DNA of 64,000 nucleotides from an uncultured Aquimarina sp. (GCA_947492105.1 CANLMN010000004.1:113894-177893); one strand, 5' to 3'. Counted from the first letter of the stretch, positions 48,426-58,953 are shown. Notes: generated from the letters alone by a model not told the origin. Program-made: numbers and translations.

Positions 48426-48598
48426 AACCAATTAATATCAAATCAAATATATAATGTCACCTATCGCGACTTGTTCTTTTTTCTATCTAAATGTCTTATT
48501 CATATATTCCATAACTAAGATTATGCAATAGCATCACGGGGTGATTACAAAAAAAAATAACAGTATCACTAATACGAATTTATATACCTAAATTGTAT
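48426..48598. repeat. family-C MITE-like repeat
   Basis: ...ATATAATGTCACCTATCGCGACTTGTTC...CCATAACTAAGATTATGCAATAGCATCACGGGG...ATATACCTAAATTGTAT. Confidence 0.75.
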
Positions 48599-48599
48599 A

Positions 48600-48761
48600 A
48601 TATCATTTATCCTTTGAATGTACTGGGATACAATTTTCTTTTTTCGCCTCAGCTTCAGTATAACAATAAACCGTAACCAAGGCTATGCTTGATTATTCTA
48701 CTGAAACTGCAACAAAAATACCTTAATTTTCTTTCCGATAAATTCAAACAGCAAATGGTAT
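48600..48761. repeat. family-A MITE-like repeat, directly abutting C and B copies
   Basis: ATATCATTTATCCTTTGAATGTACTGGGATAC...CCAAGGCTATGCTTG...CCGATAAATTCAAACAGCAAATGGTAT. Confidence 0.8.
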
Positions 48762-48911
48762 AAAATGTAATTGGAGACTAAAATAATTGAATTATTTTTC
48801 GCTAGTTTGAACTATATAGTTTAAGCATAATAGTGTCTACGGTTTCATTTTGTAATAAAAAAAGTAAAAAAGAAGCTAGTTACTAACCTGTACTTATTTT
48901 TTAAATGATAT
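48762..48911. repeat. family-B repeat lacking its first ~10 nt
   Basis: AAAATGTAATTGGAGACTAAAATAATTGAATTATTTTTCGCTAGTTTGAAC...AGAAGCTAGTTACTAACCTGTACTTATTTTTTAAATGATAT. Confidence 0.75.
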
Positions 48912-49174
48912 ACGAATGAAATTATTGACGATCTCGTCTAAATTCCTGTTCAAGACAAAAAAATCAAGATGAATTCAGAAAAGATCATACCAATTGATTC
49001 TTGGGACCGTTATATAAAAAAAGAAAAAACAATGTTGTGTCAGCAAACTCAAAATCCAGCTACTACCACAATAGTATTTTCTCATTAACTCCAATATCAT
49101 GTTAGAAAAGACATTATATATAAAGTTCTAAATTTGTTTGTTATATTTGGCTCCCTAATCACGTAAATGACCTA

Positions 49175-50068
49175 ATGACACCATACCTACAACTAATTCG
49201 ATACAAAGAGTTATTATTTATTGCTTTTACTCTATTAGCAATCAAATTTGGTTTTTTTAAGCCTTTTGGTTTTCACACAGCATTAGGTACTTTTGAATAT
49301 ATACTATTAGTCTTAGCTGCAGTCAGTATTGCTGCAGGTGGAGCGGTAATGTTATATATTGTAAATAAAGGCTCTAAAAATTTTGTTGGTGCCTTATTGT
49401 CTGAAAAAAAAGCGAATACCCTTTTTGTTGTATTAAATGTGATAGGTGTTGTATTAGGCTTTTATATCGCAAATCACATTAATAAACCTAATTTTTCTTC
49501 TATATTTATTATAATCTCTGCCCTACTCTATGTCTACGCCACCTATCTTAGATCGATTCCTTTTACCGGTTCACTTACCGTAGCTGCACTCTTGTTTGTC
49601 TTAGTTATTTTTCCAGGGATTTTTGATCTCTTACCGGCAATAAGCACACAGAACAAAGTAACACAATCTACTATTTTTTCTATCCTTATAGATTATGGAA
49701 TATTAGCTTTTCTATTAGGTATTCTTTCTGAGATGATCAAAGACTGTAGAGATATGGATACTGATCGCAATACTGGAGGACAAACACTCCCAATGCTCTT
49801 GGGACGAGATCGAACAGCAAAACTAGGTACCTTATTGGCTTTTATCCCTATGATAGCTGTAATATTTTTTAGTTATCAATATTTATTTCAAAACACCAAA
49901 GCTGTTATCTATGTATTACTACTCATAGTGGCTCCACTACTCTATTTTGCTATAAAAAGTTGGAGTGCCAATAGTCAAAAGGATTTTTCGCATTTACAAT
50001 ATGTCATCCGCTTTGTCATGTTTGCAACAGTAGTATCTATCACACTCTTTAGTTCTATTTTGAAATAA
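49175..50068 (+). CDS. UbiA-family prenyltransferase homolog with a degenerate first Asp-rich motif
   Basis: Eight or nine TM helices. Second motif KDCRDMDTDRNTGGQTLP is present. The position of the first NDxxDxxxD motif reads AAGGAVMLYIVNKGSKNF. Confidence 0.75.
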   Translation: MTPYLQLIRYKELLFIAFTLLAIKFGFFKPFGFHTALGTFEYILLVLAAVSIAAGGAVMLYIVNKGSKNFVGALLSEKKANTLFVVLNVIGVVLGFYIANHINKPNFSSIFIIISALLYVYATYLRSIPFTGSLTVAALLFVLVIFPGIFDLLPAISTQNKVTQSTIFSILIDYGILAFLLGILSEMIKDCRDMDTDRNTGGQTLPMLLGRDRTAKLGTLLAFIPMIAVIFFSYQYLFQNTKAVIYVLLLIVAPLLYFAIKSWSANSQKDFSHLQYVIRFVMFATVVSITLFSSILK

Positions 50069-50094
50069 TAGCTGTTTAATCCTATCAATATTTC

Positions 50095-50187
50095 ACAACC
50101 CATATCAATATAGTTACACGATGTTGCATATTGATTTGTTTCTGTTCTATCTACATCCTTTTTTTCCTGTATTCTATAGTTTAGGCT
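50095..50187. repeat. family-C half copy ending at its hairpin tip
   Basis: ...GATGTTGCATATTGATTTGTTTCTGTTCTATCTACATCC...TTCTATAGTTTAGGCT, followed immediately by the terminus of the next C copy. Confidence 0.55.
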
Positions 50188-50329
50188 ATACCAAATTAGC
50201 TATGTAATGTCGCATATCGCCTTGCTCTTTTTCCATCTAAATGCCTTGTTCATATGTTCCATAGCTAAGGTTATACAATAGCATCGCGGTGTTTTTACAT
50301 AAAAAAATAACAGTGGCATCAAATGGTAT
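50188..50329. repeat. family-C repeat (3' arm shortened)
   Basis: ATACCAAATTAGCTATGTAATGTCGCATATCGCC...CCATAGCTAAGGTTATACAATAGCATCGCGGTG...CAAATGGTAT. Confidence 0.75.
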
Positions 50330-50357
50330 AAAGGATAGAAACCGTTTGGATATTTTT

Positions 50358-51155
50358 TCAATCCTCTTCATCAAACACCACACTATTAAGAATAAGTCCG
50401 CTCGATGGCGCTACCCATGTAATTGTATTCTCACTACCTTCTATCAAAGAATCTTTGAGATAGGTCAAATCTAAAGCGCCCTTGCCCAAAGAAAACAAAG
50501 CTCCCATCATTAATCGGATCTGATATCTCATAAAACCAGGGCCACAAACTCGTAATACATAGCTCTCTTTTGGAAAAAAATTTGCTGTATATATCGTATT
50601 AGGCATTATCGTACATGTTGTAACCTCTCGATAGAACTCTGCTGTAGGACTTGGCCTGGCGCAATAATTTTTGAACCAATGTCTACCTATAAATAACTTT
50701 GCACCTTCTTGCATTAATGCTATATCTAATTGATTCGGAATATTCACCATGAGTGAAGCCGCAAAAGGATGGGGCTTCTCTCCAAAAGAAAAAAGATATA
50801 AATACTCCTTTTGCTTAGCTTGATTAATAATATTAAAACGTTCATCCACTTCTCGTATAGATAACGCTCTAATATCTGCCGGTAAGTTTTCATTGAATAC
50901 TATTAAAAAAGAATCCATTTCTAATGGAACTTCTTCTACAAAAAGTTCAAAAGCAGCTTGATTAGCAGAAACTTTGGCATCCGTTCGCCCAGAAGCAAGT
51001 GTCTTGAATCGGATATCCTTCAAGATCCATTTCAGGGTTTTCTGTACCATTCCTTCTACCGTCTTGAGTTCCGCTTGTTTTTGTTTTTGCCAACCATGAT
51101 AGCGAAAACCTAAATACTGCAACTCTATTAAATAATAAAAACGTTTACGGAACAT
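50358..51155 (-). CDS. truA: tRNA pseudouridine(38-40) synthase TruA
   Basis: YLGFRYHGWQKQ and the catalytic-Asp block ASGRTDAKVSA. Confidence 0.85.
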   Translation of the reverse strand: MFRKRFYYLIELQYLGFRYHGWQKQKQAELKTVEGMVQKTLKWILKDIRFKTLASGRTDAKVSANQAAFELFVEEVPLEMDSFLIVFNENLPADIRALSIREVDERFNIINQAKQKEYLYLFSFGEKPHPFAASLMVNIPNQLDIALMQEGAKLFIGRHWFKNYCARPSPTAEFYREVTTCTIMPNTIYTANFFPKESYVLRVCGPGFMRYQIRLMMGALFSLGKGALDLTYLKDSLIEGSENTITWVAPSSGLILNSVVFDEED

Positions 51156-51179
51156 TATTCTGTTTTATATAGTGTATAA

Positions 51180-51208
51180 ATGCCCTTCTCTAATCAAGAG
51201 AAGGGCAT
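51180..51208 (-). terminator. hairpin between glmM and truA (weak U-tract)
   Basis: ATGCCCTTCTC-N7-GAGAAGGGCAT. On the minus strand it is followed by TTTATAC. Confidence 0.45.
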
Positions 51209-51310
51209 CTGATTATTTGAATGATTTCTTAGAAATAACTGAGAGTATAACACTAATTATCTCTATTTACTTCAAATTATTATCATTTAACTTGAAGTAT
51301 TATTTTGCAC

Positions 51311-52699
51311 TTAGATTCCTGCTATTTCTTTTAATGTAGCAATAGTTTCTTCTGCCAACTGATCTGCTTCTGCTTGGCTTAATGCCTCTGTATAAATTCG
51401 AATAATGGGTTCTGTATTACTCTTACGTAGGTGCACCCAACTTTTACTAAAATCAACTTTGACACCGTCAATTGTTGTTACTGTTTCCTGAGCATGTTTA
51501 GCTTCAAAACCTTTCAAAATTGCATCAACATCCAATTGTGGAGTGAGTTGAATTTTATTTTTACTCATAAAATAAGATGGGTAACTAGCGCGCAAAGCAC
51601 TTACTGACATTTTTTGCTCTGCCAAATAGGTCAAAAACAAAGCAACCCCTACCAATGAATCACGTCCATAATGAGATTCTGGATAGATAATCCCTCCATT
51701 ACCTTCTCCTCCAATGATGGCATTATTCGCTTTCATTTTTTGGACAACATTGACCTCTCCAACCGCACTAGCCTCATAGGTTCCATCATGTTTCTCTGTA
51801 ATATCACGCAATGCTCGACTAGAAGATAAGTTTGATACCGTATTACCCGGTGTTTTGCTAAGTACATAATCTGCACAAGCCACCAAGGTATATTCCTCTC
51901 CAAACATCTCTCCATCATCACTAATAAAAGCCAATCGATCCACATCTGGATCTACTACAACACCAAAATCTGCTTTCTCTTTGACAACCAAAGCAGAAAT
52001 ATCTTGCAAATGCTCCTTTAAAGGCTCTGGGTTATGCGGAAAATGCCCCGTAGGATCACAATATAATTCTATAGGTGTCACTCCCATTTTTTTCAATAAT
52101 CGAGGTATTGCAATCCCCCCCGTAGAGTTCACTCCATCTACTGCTACTTTGAATCCAGCAGCTTTTACCTTATCGACATCGACTAATGGTAGCTTGAGTA
52201 CTTCTTCTATATGAATATCTATATACGTATCATTTGCAGTAATTGTACCCAAATCATCTACTTCTGCAAAGCTGTAAGCATCATTTTCTGCTATTTCCAG
52301 TATTTTTTCGCCATTTGCACCGTTCAAAAACTCTCCTTTATTGTTTAATAACTTTAGTGCATTCCATTGCTTGGGATTATGACTTGCTGTCAAGATAATA
52401 CCTCCATCAGCTTTTTCTAATGGAACAGCTATCTCTACTGTAGGCGTAGTAGATAATCCTAGATCAATGACATTTATTCCTAATCCAACTAAACTATTCA
52501 TTACTAATTGTTGGATCATTGCTCCAGAGATTCTGGCATCACGTCCGATTACGACAACCGGATGTTCTTTGGCACTTTCGATTTTGAGCCAAGTACCATA
52601 AGCCGAAGCAAATTTTACGGCATCCAAAGGTGTAAGATTGTTCCCCACTGTACCCCCTATTGTCCCGCGTATTCCAGAAATTGATTTTATTAATGTCAT
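51311..52699 (-). CDS. glmM: phosphoglucosamine mutase
   Basis: SGIRGTIGG, active-site TASHNPKQWNALK, metal loop VVDPDVDR, GGEGNGG. Confidence 0.9.
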   Translation of the reverse strand: MTLIKSISGIRGTIGGTVGNNLTPLDAVKFASAYGTWLKIESAKEHPVVVIGRDARISGAMIQQLVMNSLVGLGINVIDLGLSTTPTVEIAVPLEKADGGIILTASHNPKQWNALKLLNNKGEFLNGANGEKILEIAENDAYSFAEVDDLGTITANDTYIDIHIEEVLKLPLVDVDKVKAAGFKVAVDGVNSTGGIAIPRLLKKMGVTPIELYCDPTGHFPHNPEPLKEHLQDISALVVKEKADFGVVVDPDVDRLAFISDDGEMFGEEYTLVACADYVLSKTPGNTVSNLSSSRALRDITEKHDGTYEASAVGEVNVVQKMKANNAIIGGEGNGGIIYPESHYGRDSLVGVALFLTYLAEQKMSVSALRASYPSYFMSKNKIQLTPQLDVDAILKGFEAKHAQETVTTIDGVKVDFSKSWVHLRKSNTEPIIRIYTEALSQAEADQLAEETIATLKEIAGI

Positions 52700-52756
52700 G
52701 TGCTTGTATATTCTTTTTTTCTATTTTGTTATGTATTCTTTTTTTTTAGGAAGCCA

Positions 52757-53992
52757 CTATTGCTTCACAAACTCTACCCGTCTGTTATTTGCTTTTCCTT
52801 CCTGAGTGGTATTATTTGTTATTGGTTCGCTTTCTCCTTTACCCAAGGTTGTTATTCTTTTGGCATCAATTCCTTTTGCAATAATAGCCGCTTTGATTGC
52901 TTCTGCTCGTTTTTTGGATAATGCAAGGTTACTAACTTCGCTACCATCTGCATCTGTATGGCCTATGATTAAAAACTCCCAATCGCTATATTCTTTCATC
53001 ACACCTGCCACTTTATTGACTATCCCCATAGATTGTGCTTTAATTATGGCCTTTCCTGAGTCAAACAAGATTCCATTGGTACTATATTTACCTTCTGCTA
53101 TCATACGTTTGTACATTTGACCTCCACCATGAGCAATACGGATATTTTTAATAGCATAATTCATTTTTCCATCTTTAAAACCATGACCAGTTACTGCTTC
53201 TAATTCTATGGCAAAAATATCTGGTGTTACAGGTAACTTAGGAAGGTTTGCAATACGCTTCTCATCATAATACAATTTGAATTTTCCTTTGTGATAAGAC
53301 AGTGCAATGTGATGCCATGTATTGAGTACTCCTAAAGATACGCTTTCTAATTGAAAATCATTCTTACAAACCCGTCCAGAAGTTTTTCCGCTTCTAAATT
53401 CTAGTTTTAATTCTGGAGAATTTGCACTAGATTCTAGTTCTTTTTTCACAAAAAACATATTATAATTAACCCAAGAATTATTGTTTTCTTGGGATAAATC
53501 ATCTACAAAAACATCAAATTCTATGGTAAATTCATCAGACAAATAATCAGTATTATCAAATAGTGGTAAAATCGTATTATCATAATCTGCAGTCCCTATA
53601 ATCACTTTTTCTCCGTCAAAAGTAGCTACCTCAGCTCCACCCTTTCTCAAATCCCATCGAGAGGGAAACTCTCCCACCTCTTCCTGTTTGAGATTATCGT
53701 AGAAAATAACTTTTTCGCCAGGGATAAATTTATAATTCCTCCATACGGCAACCTCGGTTTTTTTAGTTTTAGAATCAATAGAAACAGTTCTTTCCTGATC
53801 ATCCTCCTCCTGGGAATCTGAAGGTTTGCTTTTTTTATCAGCATCCTTGCCCTTCTCTGTTTTTGTTTTTTTTGTAAGAGCTTCTTCTAATTTTTCTTCA
53901 GCTTTCTTTTTTAGTTTATCCCACAATTGGGCTTCTGCCGAAAGAGTCGTAGCTATAAAAGCCATGATGAGGAGTACGTATGATTTCTTCAT
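52757..53992 (-). CDS. OmpA-family protein (C-terminal OmpA domain, N-terminal beta-sandwich region)
   Basis: Signal peptide MKKSYVLLIMAFIATTLSAEAQ from the ATG at 53992 (the track start at 54040 adds 16 residues). OmpA motif IIGHTDADGSEVSNLALSKKRAEAIK...NRRVEF. Confidence 0.85.
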   Translation of the reverse strand: MKKSYVLLIMAFIATTLSAEAQLWDKLKKKAEEKLEEALTKKTKTEKGKDADKKSKPSDSQEEDDQERTVSIDSKTKKTEVAVWRNYKFIPGEKVIFYDNLKQEEVGEFPSRWDLRKGGAEVATFDGEKVIIGTADYDNTILPLFDNTDYLSDEFTIEFDVFVDDLSQENNNSWVNYNMFFVKKELESSANSPELKLEFRSGKTSGRVCKNDFQLESVSLGVLNTWHHIALSYHKGKFKLYYDEKRIANLPKLPVTPDIFAIELEAVTGHGFKDGKMNYAIKNIRIAHGGGQMYKRMIAEGKYSTNGILFDSGKAIIKAQSMGIVNKVAGVMKEYSDWEFLIIGHTDADGSEVSNLALSKKRAEAIKAAIIAKGIDAKRITTLGKGESEPITNNTTQEGKANNRRVEFVKQ

Positions 53993-54327
53993 TATCGTTC
54001 TGTTTTTTATAATAATAACTAGACAACAACACCATTTCAACTTTCAAACAGCCCTAAAAATAAGATTTGTAACATCATCTGCTCCAAAAACAGTGTACAA
54101 ATAAGTAACGAAGCATTTTCAAAGTTAGACTGGTTTTAAGCAAATATAATCGCAATCTACCATTACCTAAATATTCCTTCATTATTTTTTTATAATTAAA
54201 TTAACAAAAGAGGTTCAAAAACAAGAATATCCGCTAAAAAGAAGCTCTTGTAAGAAAATTAAAAAAGGAAAGAAGTTCGATAGAAAGAATTCCTTATTAA
54301 CTAACTTTATTTGTCTATTTTCATGCT

Positions 54328-54924
54328 ATGAATTTTTTAGCACATATTTATTTATCAGGAGATGATACGCAACTACAATTAGGCAACTTCATAGCAGATG
54401 CCATAAAGGGAAAAAAATACCTTACCTACCCAGAGGGAATCCAAAAAGGAATTTTGGTCCATCGTGCTATTGATAGCTATACCGACACACATCCAATCGT
54501 ACGCCAAAGTATCTCGCGTCTTTTCCCCAAATATCGTCATTATAGTGGGGTAATTGTGGATATCTTATATGACCACTATCTTGCTGCTAATTGGACTAAC
54601 TATTCAGAGACTCCACTAGAAGACTATTGTTCTAACTTTTATAAACTACTAGAAGATAATTATGAATTATTACCAAAAAAAGTTCAGGAGTTCCTTCCTT
54701 ACATGATACGAGATAACTGGTTACTCAGCTATGCTACCATTCCAGGAATTGCAAAAATTCTAGATCAGATGAATCATCGTACCAAAAACGTTTCCAAAAT
54801 GAGTTTTGCTGTAGTCGAATTAGAGACCTATTATTCTGAATTTGAAACCGAGTTTTTTGATTTTTTTCCAAAATTACAATTACATGTATTCAATAAGATT
54901 AGAAAATTAAACGTATCCAAATAA
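54328..54924 (+). CDS. acpH: acyl carrier protein phosphodiesterase
   Basis: N-terminus MNFLAHIYLSGDD...GNFIADAIKG...HRAIDSYTD is typical of AcpH. Confidence 0.8.
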   Translation: MNFLAHIYLSGDDTQLQLGNFIADAIKGKKYLTYPEGIQKGILVHRAIDSYTDTHPIVRQSISRLFPKYRHYSGVIVDILYDHYLAANWTNYSETPLEDYCSNFYKLLEDNYELLPKKVQEFLPYMIRDNWLLSYATIPGIAKILDQMNHRTKNVSKMSFAVVELETYYSEFETEFFDFFPKLQLHVFNKIRKLNVSK

Positions 54925-54942
54925 TGGTGTTTTAACAATCTT

Positions 54943-55105
54943 ATACCAGTTAGAATGTAATTGTAGGCTAAAAATAATTGAACTATTTCTCACTAGTTTG
55001 AGCTATAAAATTCAAGCATAGCCTTAGCTACGATTTAATTTTATAGCGAAAAAACAGTAGAAAAAGAACCGAACTATTAGCCTGTAATTATTTTTTAAAT
55101 AGTAT
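54943..55105. repeat. family-B MITE-like repeat, intact reference copy
   Basis: ATACCAGTTAGAATGTAATTGTAGGCTAAAAATAATTGAAC...TCAAGCATAGCCTTAGCTACG...GAACCGAACTATTAGCCTGTAATTATTTTTTAAATAGTAT. Confidence 0.85.
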
Positions 55106-55306
55106 TTAGAAGAGCTGTAGCAATAAAATCTCAAGAAAATCACCCCAACCTTGCTCATTAAAACAGTTCTTTTTTGTTTCACCAAAACAACAAAAATAGA
55201 ATCTTGTATCTCCTAGAATTTTTAACAGCAATTTTATAGAAAAAAAATAATCAAAAACCTAGTTTTTCCGTATTTTTCCACCTCATAATCACCTTAAAAC
55301 AAAACT

Positions 55307-57010
55307 ATGCGGAAAATTATTCTGTGCTCTTTGTCATTACTAGCTGTATTACTACTCGGCTGTAAAACTAACACCAACATAAGTCACCCAAAAAGCACAG
55401 GAGTCAAAGCTCAAAACGCAATGGTCGTTACAGCACGCCAAGAAGCCTCTAAAATTGGTGTAGCAATTCTACAACAAGGAGGTAATGCTTTTGATGCAAT
55501 GATTGCTACCGAAATGGCATTAGCCGTATCATACCCCTATGCTGGTAGTCTAGGTGGTGGTGGTTTTATGGTATATCGCAAAACTGACGGTACTACAGGA
55601 GCCCTTGATTATCGCGAAAAAGCACCACTAGCTGCTCATCGCGATATGTTTCTTGATTCTCTAGGACAGGTGGTTCCAGAACGTAGTCAAGAAAGCGCAT
55701 TAGCGGTGGGTGTTCCCGGAAATATAGCCGGAATCTTTGCGGTACACCAAAAGTTTGGCACACTACCTATGCAGCAATTACTAAAACCCGTTATTGATTT
55801 GGCCAAAAAAGGGTACGTAGTAACCAAAAACCAACAAAAACGATTAGAGAAATATCGAGAAACCTTTCATCGTATCAATCAAGATACCATCCTTTATGCT
55901 GGTACATACTATGCCAATGACACGATCAAAAACCCAATACTTGCAACTACCTTAGAACGAATTGCAAAATATGGAAAAAAAGATTTTTACCAAGGAGAAA
56001 CTGCCAAAACACTCGTTAGTTTTCTCCAAAAACACGGAGGTATTATGACTCTCGAAGATCTCGCACGCTATGAACCCAAATGGCGCGACCCCATACAATT
56101 CCAATACAAAGAATATACAATCACCTCTATGTCACCACCGTCTAGTGGTGGCATTTGTCTAGGACAGATGTTCAAAATGATTGAACCCTATCCAATATCC
56201 GACTATGGGCATTTAAAACCAAAAACAATACAAACAATTACAGAAGCTGCCAGACGTGCTTATGCAGATCGTAGTTTCTATCTTGGAGATCCTGATTTTG
56301 TCCATGTACCTTCTGATCGCTTATTGGACCGTAACTATCTCCAAAAACGGATGCAAGATTTCAGCTTAGCCAAAGCGACTCCTTCTTCTACTATCAAATA
56401 CGGACAACTCCCAGGCTATGAAAGTTCTGAAACCACTCATTATTCCATCGTAGATGCTGCCGGAAATGCGGTTTCGGTTACAACAACCATCAATGGTGCG
56501 TATGGTTCCAAACTTTATGTCCCTGAATTAGGTTTTTTCTTGAACAATGAAATGGATGATTTTAGCTCCAAACCAGGTGTTCCCAATATGTTTGGGCTCA
56601 TTGGGGCAAAAGCCAATGCAATAGCGCCTCAAAAACGAATGTTAAGCTCTATGACTCCAACATTAGTAGAAAAAAAAGGACAACTTTATATGGTAGTAGG
56701 TACACCGGGTGGCTCTACAATCATAACCTCTGTATTACAAACAATACTCAACGTAATCGAGCATGACATGTCCATGCAAGAAGCGGTGGATGCCCCACGT
56801 TTTCATCATCAATGGTTACCTGATTTGGTATTTTTTGAAGAAAGTTACTCGAACCCGCAGTTATTCGAAACTTTAAAAAACAAAGGCTACAAAACGAGTC
56901 AAAAAGCGGCAGTCATCTCCGGAAAAGTAGATGCTATTCTTATACAACCAGATGGGACATTAGAAGGTGGTGCTGATCATCGTGGAGATGATACAGCTAT
57001 TGGCTACTAG
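55307..57010 (+). CDS. ggt: gamma-glutamyltransferase
   Basis: Lipoprotein-like signal (LLLGC). GGGGFM. Autoprocessing nucleophile block SETTHYSIVD. GTPGGSTI. Confidence 0.95.
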   Translation: MRKIILCSLSLLAVLLLGCKTNTNISHPKSTGVKAQNAMVVTARQEASKIGVAILQQGGNAFDAMIATEMALAVSYPYAGSLGGGGFMVYRKTDGTTGALDYREKAPLAAHRDMFLDSLGQVVPERSQESALAVGVPGNIAGIFAVHQKFGTLPMQQLLKPVIDLAKKGYVVTKNQQKRLEKYRETFHRINQDTILYAGTYYANDTIKNPILATTLERIAKYGKKDFYQGETAKTLVSFLQKHGGIMTLEDLARYEPKWRDPIQFQYKEYTITSMSPPSSGGICLGQMFKMIEPYPISDYGHLKPKTIQTITEAARRAYADRSFYLGDPDFVHVPSDRLLDRNYLQKRMQDFSLAKATPSSTIKYGQLPGYESSETTHYSIVDAAGNAVSVTTTINGAYGSKLYVPELGFFLNNEMDDFSSKPGVPNMFGLIGAKANAIAPQKRMLSSMTPTLVEKKGQLYMVVGTPGGSTIITSVLQTILNVIEHDMSMQEAVDAPRFHHQWLPDLVFFEESYSNPQLFETLKNKGYKTSQKAAVISGKVDAILIQPDGTLEGGADHRGDDTAIGY

Positions 57011-57011
57011 G

Positions 57012-57228
57012 TTTTTGATCACTTCAAGTCAGCGAAGTGGTTTACGGTCTTTCTGTTTGCTATAAAAATGCTCTTTTTTACACAATTTTTATCTTTCCTT
57101 GGCATGTAACGCTTCTATAAAGTGCAAAAAATACGTTAATTGGGTCAAAAAATTATTTGCGATTACTACCCACTAGGCGCTATCCTCTGATCGATCTTGC
57201 CGGAATCCAAAAAGTTTGGAGAACCATA
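57012..57228. repeat. family-D repeat, inverted copy
   Basis: The reverse complement is colinear with 39172-39358 (see that feature). Confidence 0.5.
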
Positions 57229-57413
57229 TTACAGTTATGATTTAATTTAATAGTTCTACCTAGCAAAAAATAGTTTGTGTATTTTGACCTACCATTACAT
57301 TTTAGTTGAAATTAAATTAAGAAATCGCTAGAAAAGAAGCTTTACAAAAAACGATTAAAAGAAATCCATATTTAGTATATTTAACGTTTAAACAATAATT
57401 GCAAACTGCAAGA

Positions 57414-58064
57414 ATGGCTAAATTTACTGTGATCATTGGATTATTGCTTTTTTTGACCCCAAATATAACTGGAGCTCAAGACATTGCTATATTACAATAT
57501 AAAGGAGGAGGTGACTGGTATAGTAACCCAACAGCCTTACCAAATTTAATCCAATTTTGTAATCAAAATATCAAAACGGGAATCAACCCACAACCAGAAA
57601 CCGTAACTCCTGAAAGTATTGATATTTTTCAATACCCTATGTTACACATGACAGGACACGGAAATGTGTTTTTTGATGACGCCGCAGCAAAGAATCTTCA
57701 GAACTATTTGATGAGTGGTGGTTTTTTGCATATCGATGATAATTATGGGATGGAACCTTATATACACAAAGAATTAATCAAGGTCTTTCCGAACAAAAAA
57801 CTAGAAGAATTACCTGCCAGTCACCCGATTTTTTCTTCTGTTTACAAATTCCCAAAAGGTTTACCCAAAATCCATGAACATGATGGAAAACGCCCACAAG
57901 CACTAGGTATCACGCATGAAGGACGCTTACTAGTCCTCTTTACTTTTGAAAGTGACCTCGGAGATGGCTGGGAAAATCCCGAAATCCATAATGATCCAGA
58001 GCCTATCCGCCAAAAAGCATTACAAATGGGTGCTAATATTGTTCATTATGCATTTCAAAACTAA
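57414..58064 (+). CDS. DUF4159 domain protein
   Basis: Signal peptide from ATG 57414 (the track start is a TTG at 57399). ILQYKGGGDWYSNPTALPNL...HMTGHG... pattern. Confidence 0.75.
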   Translation: MAKFTVIIGLLLFLTPNITGAQDIAILQYKGGGDWYSNPTALPNLIQFCNQNIKTGINPQPETVTPESIDIFQYPMLHMTGHGNVFFDDAAAKNLQNYLMSGGFLHIDDNYGMEPYIHKELIKVFPNKKLEELPASHPIFSSVYKFPKGLPKIHEHDGKRPQALGITHEGRLLVLFTFESDLGDGWENPEIHNDPEPIRQKALQMGANIVHYAFQN

Positions 58065-58067
58065 TGT

Positions 58068-58583
58068 ATGCAAGCACAACATGACAATAGTCCTTTCTTA
58101 CAAAAGAAATTCCCACTAATCCTTATCTGTGATTCCTTGCAATCCCCAGCTAATATTGGTAGTATTTTTAGACTAGCAGACAGCTTTGGTATAGAAAAAA
58201 TTTATTTTACTGGACAAGAACCTAATTTAACTAGCAAACGGATGGAACGCACTGCACGTTCTACACACAAATATGTACCTTTTTCGTACGTAGAAAATGC
58301 TGAGCTACTACTAACTCAACTTGAATCAGAAAACTATACCCTCTTGGCATTAGAAATCACAGACACTAGTATCCCAATAAATTCCTACAATTCATTAACT
58401 ATAGGTAAAACAGCATTGGTGATCGGAGAAGAGAACTCCGGAGTGTCAGAAAAAATATTACAATGTGTTGCTACTAGTTTGCACATTCCTATGTATGGAA
58501 ATAACAGTAGTATGAATGTTGCAACAGCTACCGGAATAGCACTATATGAAATCACAAAACAATTGGACGCCTCCAATAATTAA
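58068..58583 (+). CDS. SpoU/TrmH-family RNA 2'-O-methyltransferase
   Basis: NIGSIFRLADSFG, LVIGEENSGVS, IPMYGNNSSMNVATA (knot motifs). Confidence 0.85.
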   Translation: MQAQHDNSPFLQKKFPLILICDSLQSPANIGSIFRLADSFGIEKIYFTGQEPNLTSKRMERTARSTHKYVPFSYVENAELLLTQLESENYTLLALEITDTSIPINSYNSLTIGKTALVIGEENSGVSEKILQCVATSLHIPMYGNNSSMNVATATGIALYEITKQLDASNN

Positions 58584-58953
58584 AACTCAACTTGACTTCT
58601 TCTTTTCCAAAAAAATGAGTCAAATCCCATTGTTTCGTTACGATTCTCATCCATCCCGCTGCTATAAATTTCAAAAAACACCTTATGCTATCAAATTTTA
58701 TTTCTTTGTTCGATCCAAAACAAAAAGTCTAAATAAATTTATTCCCAAAAAATAGTAGAAACACATAGCACTATTCCATTCTTTTCGGGTAATTCCCTAT
58801 ACCTTTTTGTCACTTAAAATATCCTAATAGTAAGCTATAGTAATTTGAAATAGTACACCCTAATTCAATTTTCAAACCTAGTACATAATTACGGTTTAGT
58901 TTTCTAACAAAAAATATAAGAAGTGTCATATTCTTTAATGGGTATAAGTCCTA

